Origin: Penicillus capitatus
Lineage: Eukaryota; Plantae; Chlorophyta
Direction: 5' to 3'
Assembly: GCA_965649825.1 (NCBI GenBank)
Contig: OZ287707.1
Location: 550,292-614,291, forward strand
DNA length: 64,000 bases
The position numbers and the translations under genes are program-made. Below the pieces are notes generated by a model, which did no database searches, was not told the DNA's origin, and worked only from the letters and a program-made list of their open reading frames with translations. Below are positions 21,082-33,415 of this stretch, piece by piece. Position 1 is the first letter of the stretch, and every line of letters begins with the position of its first letter.

Positions 21082-23298
21082 TTAGTAGTAACTCGCAACA
21101 ATGCGACGATGCACCGCCGTTCGTGCAGTGGCATCGGACACTTTTCCATCGTCTACGATGCAATAGGTAATCCAATGATCGGATGTTTCCATTCGACTCT
21201 TGACGGTGCATTCCATGTAAGCAATGGCTTTCTCCAGAATGGGAGAGCCGTTGTTGGACGGAAACCAATCCACGCCATCGAAGCGATCCTGTCCCGGTCC
21301 AAAGCGCTGGAGGAAGTGCTTCATGATTGGACCGTAGGACATGGCTCCAAGACAATTGAGCGCAAAGGAATCGCCGACTTGGAGGAGACTCTCGATGGCA
21401 CGATCCTTAGCCACGGCAATGGTGAATCCCAATGGTTCAAAACTCGCTTGGGCGACCCAACTGGCGACCATGGCGCTGCGAACGTCGCCATGCGCAGCAG
21501 TGACGATATACAATCCACTGGAGATCTTGGCCAGTGCCTTGGAGACGTCTGCCGACATACTGTCTTTGACTTTGCTTACTGTCTCTTTCTTTGTCAGCGC
21601 CTGAGCAAGATCTGTACCTGCTTCCTCAAATGCTTGGTAGACGAGTTCGTTGGGCGATTCCTTGACGCGTAGAGGATCCATCGAGAGGAAGGCACCGACG
21701 CTGATGAGATTTGAGCGCAATGTATCGACCGGTTCATCTGTGCCGCCAAAACTCTCGGCAATCAAGATCTGTGTGCCAGAAGGATATCTGCTCTGTCGTT
21801 TGTTTGGAGAATTCTCACCTTCTGTTTTGGTTTTACGGCGGAGAGAAGGAGTCCCATTGTTTCCTGTGCTGCGGTCGACGTGGTGGGTGGGGACATGACG
21901 ACGATCCCAACATTTCTTTTGAGAATTTCTACCAGTTCTTGTGGATCCACCGACAAGAGGTCGACCATCTCAACACCGACGCCTAAAAATCTTTGCTTAT
22001 TCACCATCACACTATTATTTGAGTGACCAGATTTCGTGATGCCCTTTGCGATGGATTGACCCAATCGATCGCTGAATCCATAATCGCTGCTGTACAGAAG
22101 AGCAACGGATGCAGGCGCCTTGCCTATGGCTGCACTCCAATCACGGTAGCGCTCCACGAGCTCGACCATGTTATAGCTGCGCAAACAAACACCCTCACCA
22201 CAGAGTACAGCAGGAGGCATGTGGTACTTGATGAGAGGACCATGACCATTGGCAATCGTATGATATGGAAGGTCTTTGATTCTTTTGAGGGCTGTTAGCA
22301 CAGATCGTGCATTTGGCTTCATCAGGCAATCATAATAGAATCGATAGTGCGATTCGATCTCGGACAGATGCGAATCGAAGGGGTCCTAAACAGCACGAGC
22401 TCTATCCAAGCACACCCCTTACCTGCCAGTCGTGCAGAATTGACCTGGGTACAGTAGTGCAGGCCAAAGGCATCGCAGGTGAAGAGGATTCCTGTTGCCG
22501 GATCAAAAGTAAACATCGTGTCTGGCCAATGCAGATTTGGTGCTGGAATGAACTGCATCTCGTGTCCCTGTCCCAAGTCAATCACATCACCTCCTTTGAC
22601 AGCTTGGGATCGAAAAGAGCGATTCGTCAAACCCTCCAAAAACTGAATACAAATCTAGATAACGCGCAGAACTGTCATCTGTTCGGCACAAAACGCATTT
22701 CTGACCTTTGTCCCCACAACCGTGGCATCTGGAAACATGTCCAGAATTTCAGGGATGAGTCCTGAATGATCCGGCTCTGTATGCGAAACAAAGATGTAGT
22801 CGATCGATCGATCGTGTCGATCAAGTTCTTCTTTCATCGTTTGGATATACAGTGGATTGAATTTTTCGTGAGAGGCATCGATCAGAGCTGTCTTGTCTCC
22901 CATGATCATATACGAATTGTAGGTGGTGCCATTTTGAAGGCCGAATTCGATATCGAATCTTTCGCGGTCCCAGTCCAGCGAACGAATGCAGATGGTGTCC
23001 TGGGCCAACTGAAAGTGCTGGGTCTGCAAACGTCTGTTGTCATTCCACAGGGACACCTCTGACATTTCGTAGCCGATCTTCTCCTGTTGAACGACGTTAC
23101 GCACTCAAGACGGCATCATGCGATGCGTACGGGTGTGATGGACACGGATGCGTGTGTGCGTACAGAAGGCCGCTTTGCAGAGGCATTTTGGCGTAGAACC
23201 CGGTCGTGTGGTGTTTTGCAGCTATGCGTTGTTGGATGATCGAATCCGAGACGCGAAGCGACCCGTAGTGTCGCGCATTGTGCGATTCGTGATGACAT
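21082..23298 (-). CDS. FLVB: plastid flavodiiron protein, Flv3/FLVB type
   Basis: RSLDWDRERFDIEFGLQNGTTYNSY, canonical diiron motif HTEPDH, HWPD, CDAFGLH, a flavodoxin domain, and a C-terminal flavin-reductase domain (SGLYIVT, ASWVAQAS, DHWI). Confidence 0.9.
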
Positions 23299-23869
23299 CG
23301 ACTGGCTGGCTAAGGAAAGCACCGTTTTTACTTCATTGCCTGAGTCATTAGTCGATGGGACGTTGATTGGGACACTAATGTCAATCTAAACAGCTTGTCC
23401 AGTGGAACTGTAAAAAAGAATCCTGTGGCGACTCTCGCGCATCTTCAGAAGCATTGCATTTCGTTCAATACGACAAGAATTGTGGATTGTATGTAACCAG
23501 ACACATCACCAAATTGTTTCGGTCTTATTCCTGTCTCGTGAAAAACAAAAAGAAAGCAGGAAGCTCTCTGAACACACGAAGCTTGGATTTGTTTTCTAGA
23601 GGCCGCTTGTCATGTTTTCTTTTCTCGATCTCTGTACGCGATATGCGACACAAATGATAAATGGCGACTATGTTTGAGCTCTTTCGGCGGCATCCTTACA
23701 CTGTTTCGAGTGAACCCCTATGACTGTCTCCAACGTAACAGAACAGGTTGCCATATACGTGGAGTGTTCAGAACCGTTCAAGTGTCGACATCAAAACAAG
23801 GCCGTGCTCAACGAATCGCACGGGTAGAAATGACTGATAGATGGTAAAATCGGCGGGGTCCGCATTTGA

Positions 23870-25190
23870 ATGACGAAGACAGTCGAGCGGACAAAAGTTG
23901 TCGTGCGTCGACTTCCCCCTTACTTAAGAGAAGAGGACTTTAAGACAGAACTCGAGAAAGTGGCCTCGGGTTCTTTCGCATGGTTTCGTTTCTGCCAAGG
24001 AAAAACGAGGTAACAGCTATCCAGACCTTACCCACTGTTATCGTCACACTCACACCACTGCTCTGCAGCGCCAAGCGACAGACGTATTCACGAGCCTATA
24101 TCAATTTCAATGACAGCAAGGCTGTAGTGGATTTCAAGTCGAAGTTCGACGGGTTTGTCTTCGTGGGAGCTCGTGGCACTCAGTATCGATGCGCCATCGA
24201 ATTTGCACCATACCAGCGTCTGCCAAAGCAAAAGTCCAAGACAGACCATCGAGAGGGGACCATTGAGACAGGTGATGCATCGCATCTGATCATATGGAGC
24301 AGGAATCGTGCATGTTGGATGCAGATCCTGATTTTATCGAGTTTCTGGAGAATCTGGACAAAGAGCCAGTGATGTTACCGAGCGCCCAGCGACAATACGA
24401 AGAAGAACAGGCGCAGAAAATAGCATCTGGGGAGGATGGAGATACGATGGTGCTCACACCTTTGATGCAGTTCATCATCAACAAACACTTCAAGAGATCA
24501 ACAAGATCAGGCGTCCGTTGCCATTTAGAAAGACAGCGATGGACACCAATCGAGTGCCAATGTTCCTAGAGACGGGATCGGAGAGAGGATCGACGAAAGG
24601 AATCCGACAAACACCATCGCCATCGATCGAAGACATCCCATGCACCAACAAAGGTGCTCTTGAAAACCCGACCCCCATCAAAAGGATCCGCCGAATTCGC
24701 AGAGAAGACAAAGAAACCGAGTACGAAGCAAGAACTCCGTTCTTGTCAGTGATTGCTGGGTCGCAGGTTCGACGATGGAGAAGGAGAAGAAGTCGGTCAA
24801 GGTCCGTGCCGGGCATCAGGTCTGGGTCCCGAAAGTTGTGATGACTGGAGTGCGCTGTGTCTTTCTCTGTATCTTATGCACACAGCGTTGTGTTTGGTGA
24901 AGGTGAGCAGTTTTGATGCGGCGAACGATAAGAATAGCAATGCCTCAGAAAATGCAGAATCAACACGTCCCAACAAATCAGAAAAGAAAGGGTGCGTGGC
25001 ACTCGGCCATAGCAACGTTCCTTCAATGCTTATGAAGGATCTGTGTTGTGTCTGCAGTTCAATGGTAGAGTCTTCTCCGAGTGGGAGAGGCAGGGGTCGT
25101 CGCCACAGAAGTGGAAAGGGCCATCCAAGCAAATCACCAAACGCAAAGGTTGTCTGGGTCCAAAAAACTGAGAAACAAGGAGGAGAATGA
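23870..25190 (+). CDS. UPF3: nonsense-mediated decay factor UPF3
   Basis: TKVVVRRLPP, YSRAYINF, FDGFVF, IEFAPYQR, EGTIET|DPDFIEFLE, TPLMQF, then a basic tail. The 3' exons are approximate. Confidence 0.85.
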
Positions 25191-25613
25191 AGCGTCCGTT
25201 GAACGCATGTGCTTCGGCCATGTTGTCTGGATCTTATCTCCCAGATCAACGACTCTGCACTGCAGGGAATGCCATTCCTCTTTTGCATTCAGCTGCCACA
25301 TGGTGTGAACTTTGGCGAACGCATGGCATGTCTAGTTTGTGTGAAGAATGCAAAACCGAATCTGATGTTAATGACCTCGACGATGACGACGATGACTTCG
25401 TGATTCGATCGTATACTCGCGCCCAACGGCCTCGGATCTACGTGAGATAGCCTTCTCTCGTCGATCACGCATCGAGGCATCCGACAGGATCATCTTCGTG
25501 AGACAGTCCATCAATAAACGCGACGGTTAACGAACCATCTGCCTCGAACGTCACATCACAGCGCTACGTGCATTGCCCATTCTGGATGATGAATCCATTC
25601 ATTCCATTGTACA

Positions 25614-28223
25614 ATGGCGACGGGAATTGCGACATTGAGTCCAAGTGATATCGTGACACTGAGTGCTACGAAGGTTCGGTTCTTAATGGCAGACTTGCAT
25701 GCAAGACGGAGTGGTCATCTAGGTGATCAACCAGAAGGCGTTTGCGAATAGTCTCGGCATCCCGATCGGGGCTGTTGTGCATGTGCTGCCTTCTTGGGCA
25801 GAAAGTGGCGTGCCTCGTTTGACAAAGCCTCCATTATGCTGTCGGCGATGTGGAGCGTTCGTGAATCCTTATTGCTCGGTGCTGCACTGCACAGACATGC
25901 CATCTCGAACCCATGTTCTTTATTTTCAGATGGAAACGCAGGTTGGCAAATGGAAATGCAATTTTTGTCAATACGTGAACACGGTTGATGCGGAACAGGA
26001 TGCCGTTCCCCTAAAAGTCTGCTCTGTTTTCTCCTCAATAGCAAACATTGGATGACAATGAGCAGACGTCACTTGAATGGACGGAGACAGCTGTGGACTA
26101 CGTCATACCTGCTGCTGATGCGGAGGAAAGTGGACTGAAAGGCGAAGTGCACGTTGTGGTGTTTGTTGTGGATCTGACATTCAGCAAACACCAACGGCAT
26201 CTGGTCACCGAGTCGATCAAGAGAGTAGGATATGAGACTTCGATGCATCCATCATTGCTGATAGTGATGGACGGTACTGTCTAGGCAGTCGATCAGATGG
26301 ATCAAGATGTGCATGTGGGTTTGGTCTTGGTGGATGCTTGTGTATCGATGTGCAACTTAAACGGGAAGCCTGGAATGCTCGATCTGCATTGTGTTCCTGG
26401 CCACACAGTGAACATGCCAGCCACTTTGCGTCACCCCGCAGATGGATATGCTTCATACATTCGGCCACTGTCTGCGTGCTCGTCCATTCTGATGTTTGCA
26501 TTGGATACGCTGACGACGAGCAAACCAGGCCTGTCGGAAAGGCAACGCCCACGATGTCTTGGGACTGCCATCCACGAGGCTCTCACCGCTATCAAGGAGA
26601 CAAGAGAGATGGGTAATTCTTTCGCCGTCACCCACATGCATGCACACGGATCAAACTGAGTGTCCCTTAGATTCGGATCACATGCGACGAGAACGCATCG
26701 TGCTCATGACCTGTGGTCCACCAACACGAGGTCCTGGAGCAGTTCCTCATGATTTCGTGAGCGATCATCCACGATTCAACGATGCCAAGAAACACAGTCA
26801 AGAGTTCTTTGATCGGTTGGCAGATGTGGCTGTGGGCCTTAATGTGAAAGTGGATCTCTATGGTATCAGTTTCTCGCCAATTGGCCTTGCCCTCGTTCGA
26901 AGTCTACCAAAAGCAACCTGTGGCATCATTTCCTTGCACTCCGTCATCACTCCCGATCTCTTCGGTCACCAAATCGCAGATTCGCTCCATCGGACATTCG
27001 GCGATCGTGGAATCTTCGATATCCGCTTGTCCAGAGGGATAAGACTGACTTCCATCATCGGCGATGTTACAGAGAGGCTGAGAGCAGAAGAGGCAGGCGA
27101 GAGAAAGCTCACGACGAATGCCTGTCTATTACGATCTGTGGAGATTGGCTCATCGATAAGCCTGTATATGGAAGCGACATCCGATTTTGGACAAGAGGAT
27201 CTGTACATACAGGTGGTGGCCTTTCTTCTCTTGACCCAATGCATCAATGTTTGTTGGTAACGATAGGTCTATCTGAGTTGGCAAGATAGAAAGCGTCGTT
27301 CGCAGATAGAGAGAGTGATCACCTGTCCTTTTTCGCCAACTGGAAATCTGCAAGAATTCCTGAAGTCTATCAACAGTGCTACGGTTGGCGTGCTGATCGC
27401 CAAGAAATTAGTGATGGACTGCACCGAAATGATCAAGAATAATGAGAAGACAAAACTGATGAATGCCAGAAATGGACTGGCTTACAGGTTAGGATTCATG
27501 GTCGAGAAGTTTGGCAAACTCCTCGAGAGCAAGACTGGATTCTTGGGATTGCGTCAAGAGAGAAAATGGGGCTGCCCTCAGGAGCTATGGTATGTTGCCC
27601 AGTCCCTCTACCATCTTCACAGAGGGTTGTTGCTGGGGCATCCAGATTCGCACGGAGAAGAGATCTCCTTTCTCCAAATGCTCTTCCTATCGGCACCGTT
27701 AGAAGCAGCCGATCGGATGATCGTACCCAAACTGTTTGTCGTCGATCCAACGGCGGGTGGACTCGTCGAACGTCCTGCTGTCACGACCGCTGTCAATTCC
27801 CATTCAGTGATGTTCATCGATCATGGATTCTACATGTTCACTTGGATTGGAAGCAAAGTCTGTACACAGTCCTCCGATGAAGATGCCATTATTCGGCCAT
27901 TGATTGATATTTGCAGCAACTATGCCAGAGAGAAGTGCGCGAAGAGAGGCATGATGCCGGAGTTGATCGTCATGAGGGAGGGAAACGATGATCTGTCCGT
28001 CTACAGTCATCTGACACCCAGTCACAAAGATACGGCGCAGGATCAAGCCGCACAAGGTGCTGCTGCTGCCCATGGACCACCATCGACAGAAGAGGCAGAT
28101 GTCGTTTCATTTCCACACACAGAAGGGCTGAGCTTTTACGAATGGTGTCGGATGGTTAGTGCCGAGCCACCGAAGCTGAACAAAGACATGAAGTCTCAAG
28201 TTCTAGAGGGACAGGGTTGTTAG
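25614..28223 (+). CDS. divergent Sec23-like COPII protein (plant SEC23A-type)
   Basis: Zinc finger CRRCGAFVNPY...WKCNFC, VFVVDLT, RCLGTAI, GPPTRGPG, and a gelsolin-like end (LFLSAPLEAADRMIVPKL, DHGFYMFTWIG, LTPSHKD, LSFYEW). Confidence 0.8.
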
Positions 28224-28273
28224 AATTTTTCATCTTCTTCCCTTGGCGTCTGGTCTTGTCTCGCTCTGATTGT

Positions 28274-30647
28274 TTAGAGATGCCATATCTGTCGGATGGT
28301 CTGTCTGGATGTTAGCAATGCATTTGATCCGAGGAGTATTCTCGGTTTCCATGGTCCCTTGCCATTCTCTTCCACCTCTGCCGCAACGCTCGCGATTTCA
28401 TGAAGCGAAATTCCGCCGATGACATAGACGATGACTAAGTTATGTTTGCCGATGCCAGATTCCTGCTGTCTAGCGAAGCCCAGTTTTCCGAGTCCTTTGC
28501 TCAACAGTCCTGTGCCGGGAGCTCCGTCCAGCAGTCCATGAAAGCTCGATGTCACGTGCTGAAGATCGTGGAGACTCTTATCTTGTAGAACCATAGAAAC
28601 GAGATTCTGAATTAAGGGTCGATGCTCTGACGTCGATGGAGATGTCAGACGTCGCAGTTCTTTCAGACCTCTTCGAACAGCAGCCATCTCCTTGACTGCA
28701 TTCAACCTGTCCTGCATTGCAGAACGCACATCCATTTTCAGAATCGAGGCAGATAGGGTATCGGCTGCTGGACTCAGTGTACGGAGCACAGTTGGATCCG
28801 GATGATCCAAAATGCACTGCACAAATGCTTCGAGAATCCACTTTTCTTCTGTCGGATTGAACGGATGGTCTGTTTCGTCATGCAGGATGGAGTAAGCAAA
28901 AGCCAATAAGCCACAGACGTCGTAAAATGTCACCAGTGCCTAAGAACAGTCCTGGTCATCGAGCGACAGCAGGTATTGCCATACAGTTGGTTTGGTCACA
29001 TTGAGGAGAAGGTCTGGAAAATACTTCACCAGATCATCCGCAGTCGGCATATTGAGGATCTGTTTCTCGTTACTGTGCAGAAGTTCAGCGTGTGTACGCA
29101 GATCCGTTTCCGGGTCCAGTGCCTTTGCCGTGGATAGCGCCAGAGTTTGGATGGCCTGTTGCCTGGAAGTTCGAATGGAATCTCTCAGCAAAGCGACGCC
29201 AGTCACAAACTCTTCCGCACTCGGTGCTCCAGATTTGGGTTTGTATGCAGATCTGAGATCTGCTGCACGGATCTCCTCCCGGATCCATTTACGAACATAC
29301 AGACTAGCATCGCGACATGTTCTGCCCAGTAGATGTGTGACCAGAGGAGGAAGATCGGGCGGTTCAGCAGAGAATATAGGCACTTCTGAAGTCGGTTGAT
29401 CTGTCTGCGTTTCCCGCTTTATGTTGAGATCTGACAGTCTATGTCACGAAGGATTTTGGTCGCAGTACGTTAAGAAAAAGTGTAACCTTGGGATGCCAGT
29501 TGAGTGAGAAGTGCTTTCCGTTTCAATCGCCTCGACAATTCTATCGATCAGTGTATCTGCACGGTGCAGTGGAGCGACCAGGTCAAAACAACGATCTACA
29601 AGGACGAGAGCAGCAGAGTCCTCTGGCGGCATCTCACGAAATCCAAGAGGAACTCCCATTTTCGCCACTTCGGCGCCTATTGCTGCGCATTGCATGACCC
29701 GTGTGGACAGCGAAAGCATTACCAACTGCTCGAGAATCAGGTCCAAGAGCAAACACGTCGAGCTTTCGTCCCAGATGGCTTGCCAATCCGACAAGGGCAT
29801 GGCTCAATGTATGCACGTCTTGAACATGATCTGCTTGTCGCTCATGCGGGGCATCCGAGTGAAGACCAAGGGAAAAGTGCCTATGGAATTGCTTTAGCTG
29901 ATACTGAAAGAGCGATCGTGTGATGACCTGGAAGGGCTTTGCGGTAGAAGAAAGGCTTGAGATGTGATGCAGCTGTACAACCAGGGACAGAAACGAATGC
30001 GGATCTCGACAGTATCTGGCAAAACCACAATGAAAGCTGAACGTGCTGGTTCAGAAAGGGACAAGATAGACGACCTCTTTTGCCAAGACTCTGCATCTCT
30101 GCTGCCAATCTCGATTCGAAATCTGTGTAAGCGTTCGTTATGGCCTTCTCGGGTGCCATCTGTGCATGTGCATCGACAGAGTATATGCAGAAGATGAGCA
30201 TCTGATCGCATGTGGGATGCATCTCATATCACACACCGTTTCATGCCAGTGACCTATCGAACCTTGGGTATACCTGTATTAACCGAATGAGATCTTCGAG
30301 CGCTTCATTCAGTAGTCGTGTCAGAAAGACCACAATCTTTGGCGTCTTATCCCCCGTTGAGCCCTCCCATGAGCAGAGCATGGCTCCCACAGCAGCATCC
30401 CTCTCAGTGGCGCAACTCAAGTGATGCACATTGACAGCGCCCATTTCTGATCCGGCGTGAAACGAATGCTGTGCAGAAGCATCGATTTTTGGCACATACT
30501 TAATAGTGCAGCACATCCGACGGAGCAGGCAATGCAGTCTGAGGCCCCATCGTCCAAGTACACGATGGCCTTGTACAGTTCGGGGCTCAAAGAAGAGAGA
30601 GATGTCTGCATCGCAGAGCGGATGTCCGTTTCGGAGGAGATCGACAT
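28274..30647 (-). CDS. Sec1/Munc18-family SCFD2/MIP3-like protein
   Basis: AIVYLDDGA, LVLVDRCFDLVAPL...TLIDRI, C-terminal VIVYVIGGISLHEI...ILLGS. Confidence 0.75.
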
Positions 30648-30837
30648 TTCCGTTCCCGTTCCCGCGCCAAATCGACGTTTCAACGACTCTTCTCCGAATG
30701 TATGTGACAATGACAAGCGACAGCAGTGTCGGTTGGACGACACCCTGCTGTTTTCATTCACAGTTCTTCCGACCACTGCCTCGTTCGTGCAGAGTGAGAA
30801 GCATCTCCCTGTCAGCGAAAGACGATACAAATTACTC

Positions 30838-31116
30838 ATGTTTATCTACACGTTCCCAGAAATTCTGTTTACTTTCTCTCTTGGAGCACTTGTATTGTTG
30901 GCATTCATACAAGCTATCTGCGTGCTCTGTCGAGGAAGAAATTCGTACGACGACGCCCAGACACCGTGTCCTGGAGAAACACCGAAAGAGGCAAAGCCTG
31001 ACATTCAAGAACAAGCCATTCAAGTCCTAGTTGTCAGTCCTACCGGGTCACTATCGCTCGGCATGAACCAAAATTTCTCGGGATCCAACGATTCTGCGAA
31101 TTCTTCGGTTCCGTAA
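30838..31116 (+). CDS. small single-pass membrane protein, hypothetical
   Basis: Hydrophobic ILFTFSLGALVLLAFIQAICVLC followed by a polar tail containing VLVVSPTGSLSLG. Confidence 0.4.
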   Translation: MFIYTFPEILFTFSLGALVLLAFIQAICVLCRGRNSYDDAQTPCPGETPKEAKPDIQEQAIQVLVVSPTGSLSLGMNQNFSGSNDSANSSVP

Positions 31117-31803
31117 TTGTCGGAAGTATCATTCACCTTTCCCACCGCCTCGATTCTTCGCTGAGGGAGGTCTTCTCAAATTGATGCTGTATCAGCATAG
31201 CCTATAGTGACTGCTGCCAAATTCGCGAGCCTGCGATTCCTCTCTGGCTTCTAACGATCAAACCGATTTTCGTGAACACCAGACTGACACTGACACAATA
31301 CTTTACTAATGACGCGAGTTCGTGATTGACCCTTCGGGATCTGCACTCACTGTTGTTTATGGTGGAAGAACATGCAGTTTATTATATCGGCATAGCACGC
31401 ACTCTATTTAAGCAGGATTGGACACACTCTTAGAGGATAATAAACTTTATCTGGCTTCTGTTGAGTTTTTTCTAAAACTCTTTTTGAATGGAAAGGAATA
31501 ATGAGGATATCGTGACCAAGTGCAATAAACCGCATACTGCTGTTCACTGGTTGGACGACAGAGGATGGATAACCGAAAGCTATTCGAGAGCCAGTCTTTA
31601 TCATGCGACTCATGAACTGTCTCGGGAATACAAACATAGAGATCTTTACATGAACGGACTTTATCTCGAGTATCGCCGCAGAATGCGACGTCTTTAAACA
31701 GCTGATTTTGCCTGTCATGTCTTGACATGTCGCGCATGGGTCTCTTCGAGGCTAGTACAGATTGATCCCATGGGATCTCTCTGATGAGATCGTTTTCCCG
31801 CCA

Positions 31804-33311
31804 ATGAGACCTTGGCCAGTGTTATCTCGAACCTCCCTTGCATCGTGCAACGCTACGAAAACGGCGCGGCGCGTTCGAAGATGTACGAATGTACCTTCTC
31901 ATCGTTCCATTTTACAGGGATCTTCCGCAAAGCAGACGATTCTGATCCCAAACGCATCGTCGAAAGACAAACCGGCTGTCGAAGAGAGCGGTTCTCATGT
32001 AAACCGGGCGCTGATTGACGCCGAGGACGCTCTTTCCGCTGCTGAAGAATCCGTGAGCTTTATTCCGACGCTTCCGAGCGCATACCCTCCACATCCAGTA
32101 CATCTGCCAGAACGAACGCACACGCACGGTTAACTGTGTGTTGCCAGGCCGTGACCGTTATGAAATGGACCGCTAAAAGATTGTTAATAGTGGGAGCAGT
32201 GTTTGCTATGGTGTATCTGTTGAATCTTGGTTCAAGTTGGCTCCGCTACGTGTCAGCTGTGGTATTCCCTCTAGCTATCAGCACCTACTCGTTACGCAAA
32301 GGGTCTCTTTCGCCATCGGGTGCTGTTGCTGCGTCCTTGGTGGGATGTGGCACATTACTTGCGGGATTTCGCCCAGTCGCCATTCTACTCTCTTTTTTCA
32401 TCAGCTCGTCGGCACTGACGAAATTCAAAGAGGATACCAAAGTTAAGACGCTGGCAGATCATAAGAAAGGAGGGCAGCGTGACTGGGTTCAGGTACATCT
32501 GGGAAATGCTTGTTTGGTAGGAGATGTGCGTCTCTAGGTATTCTCGAACGGATTCTTCGCAACCATCTTCTGTATTGTCTATGCCATCGCTTCTGGATTT
32601 CAAGACCTTCCTCTTGGAACAGCGTCAGCAATTTGATTGACTGAAGGAATGACTGTAACGCCTCGCTGTTCGCAGTGGAATGTCCAAGTTGAGTACGTTC
32701 ATGTTTGGCGGCGTGCTGGGGAACTACGCTTGTACCTGTGGAGATACATGGGCGTCGGAACTGGGAGTTCTGTCCAACACAACTCCCCGACTGATCACGA
32801 GTCTGCGTCCCGTGCAAAGAGGCATGTCCACCGAACACGGCTCCCTTGCATTGTGATGAAGACCGTCGTGCGTTTGGTACAGGAACGAATGGCGGCGTGA
32901 CGTGGCTGGGATTATCAGCAAGTCTAGGGGGTGGTCTCTTCGTAGGCATGATGTGCTATCTCGGAACGCTTGTGTGCATGATTGGACAACCCCTGTTGCC
33001 TGTAATGCCTGCCCGCCATCGTGCCATGTCCCATCGGTTTGCAGGTGGCGATATCGCAGTGGCCAGTGGTGGTGTTGGGATTGGTGGGAGGATTGATGGG
33101 ATCTCTTGTGGATTCTCTGTTGGGTGCAACCCTTCAGTTCTCAGGTTACCATCTGAAGCTCAAGAAAGTCGTCAATCGACCAGGAAACGATCCAACAGTC
33201 GTGCTTCCGATCAACGGTATCAACGTTCTGTCGAACAACCAAGTCAATCTTATCTCTAGCCTCATCATGGCCATCGTTATTGGCTGGAGCACTCTCCGAA
33301 TCTTTCACTGA
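31804..33311 (+). CDS. TMEM19: TMEM19/DUF92 membrane protein
   Basis: SLSPSG, KKGGQRDWVQV, CGDTWASELG, PRLIT...G|TNGGVT, GSLVDSLLGATLQ, LSNNQVN. The core starts at about 32160. The extension to 31804 is inferred through a 95-nt in-frame intron. Confidence 0.85.
32822..32882 (+). other. GC-AG intron in TMEM19
   Basis: AG|GCATGT...TACAG|GA is the only junction I found that restores VQRG-TNGGVT. Confidence 0.8.
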
Positions 33312-33415
33312 CGGACGAAGAAGAATCTGTCGATCATTTGTGCACTCGTGCCAATGTCTAATGAATGCCATTTCGTACATGAAGCACTCTCTGTTGGTTC
33401 ATTCTTTTTCAAACA

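Noticed and set aside
7165-25190. Apparent cluster of RNA and translation-surveillance genes (eIF4E, Alba, Smr fusion, UPF3)
   Set aside because: They are interspersed with unrelated housekeeping genes, which is expected by chance at this gene density.
31140-31760. Short ORFs on both strands between the small membrane-protein gene and TMEM19
   Set aside because: No recognisable motifs or consistent exon chain; the region could be UTR or promoter.
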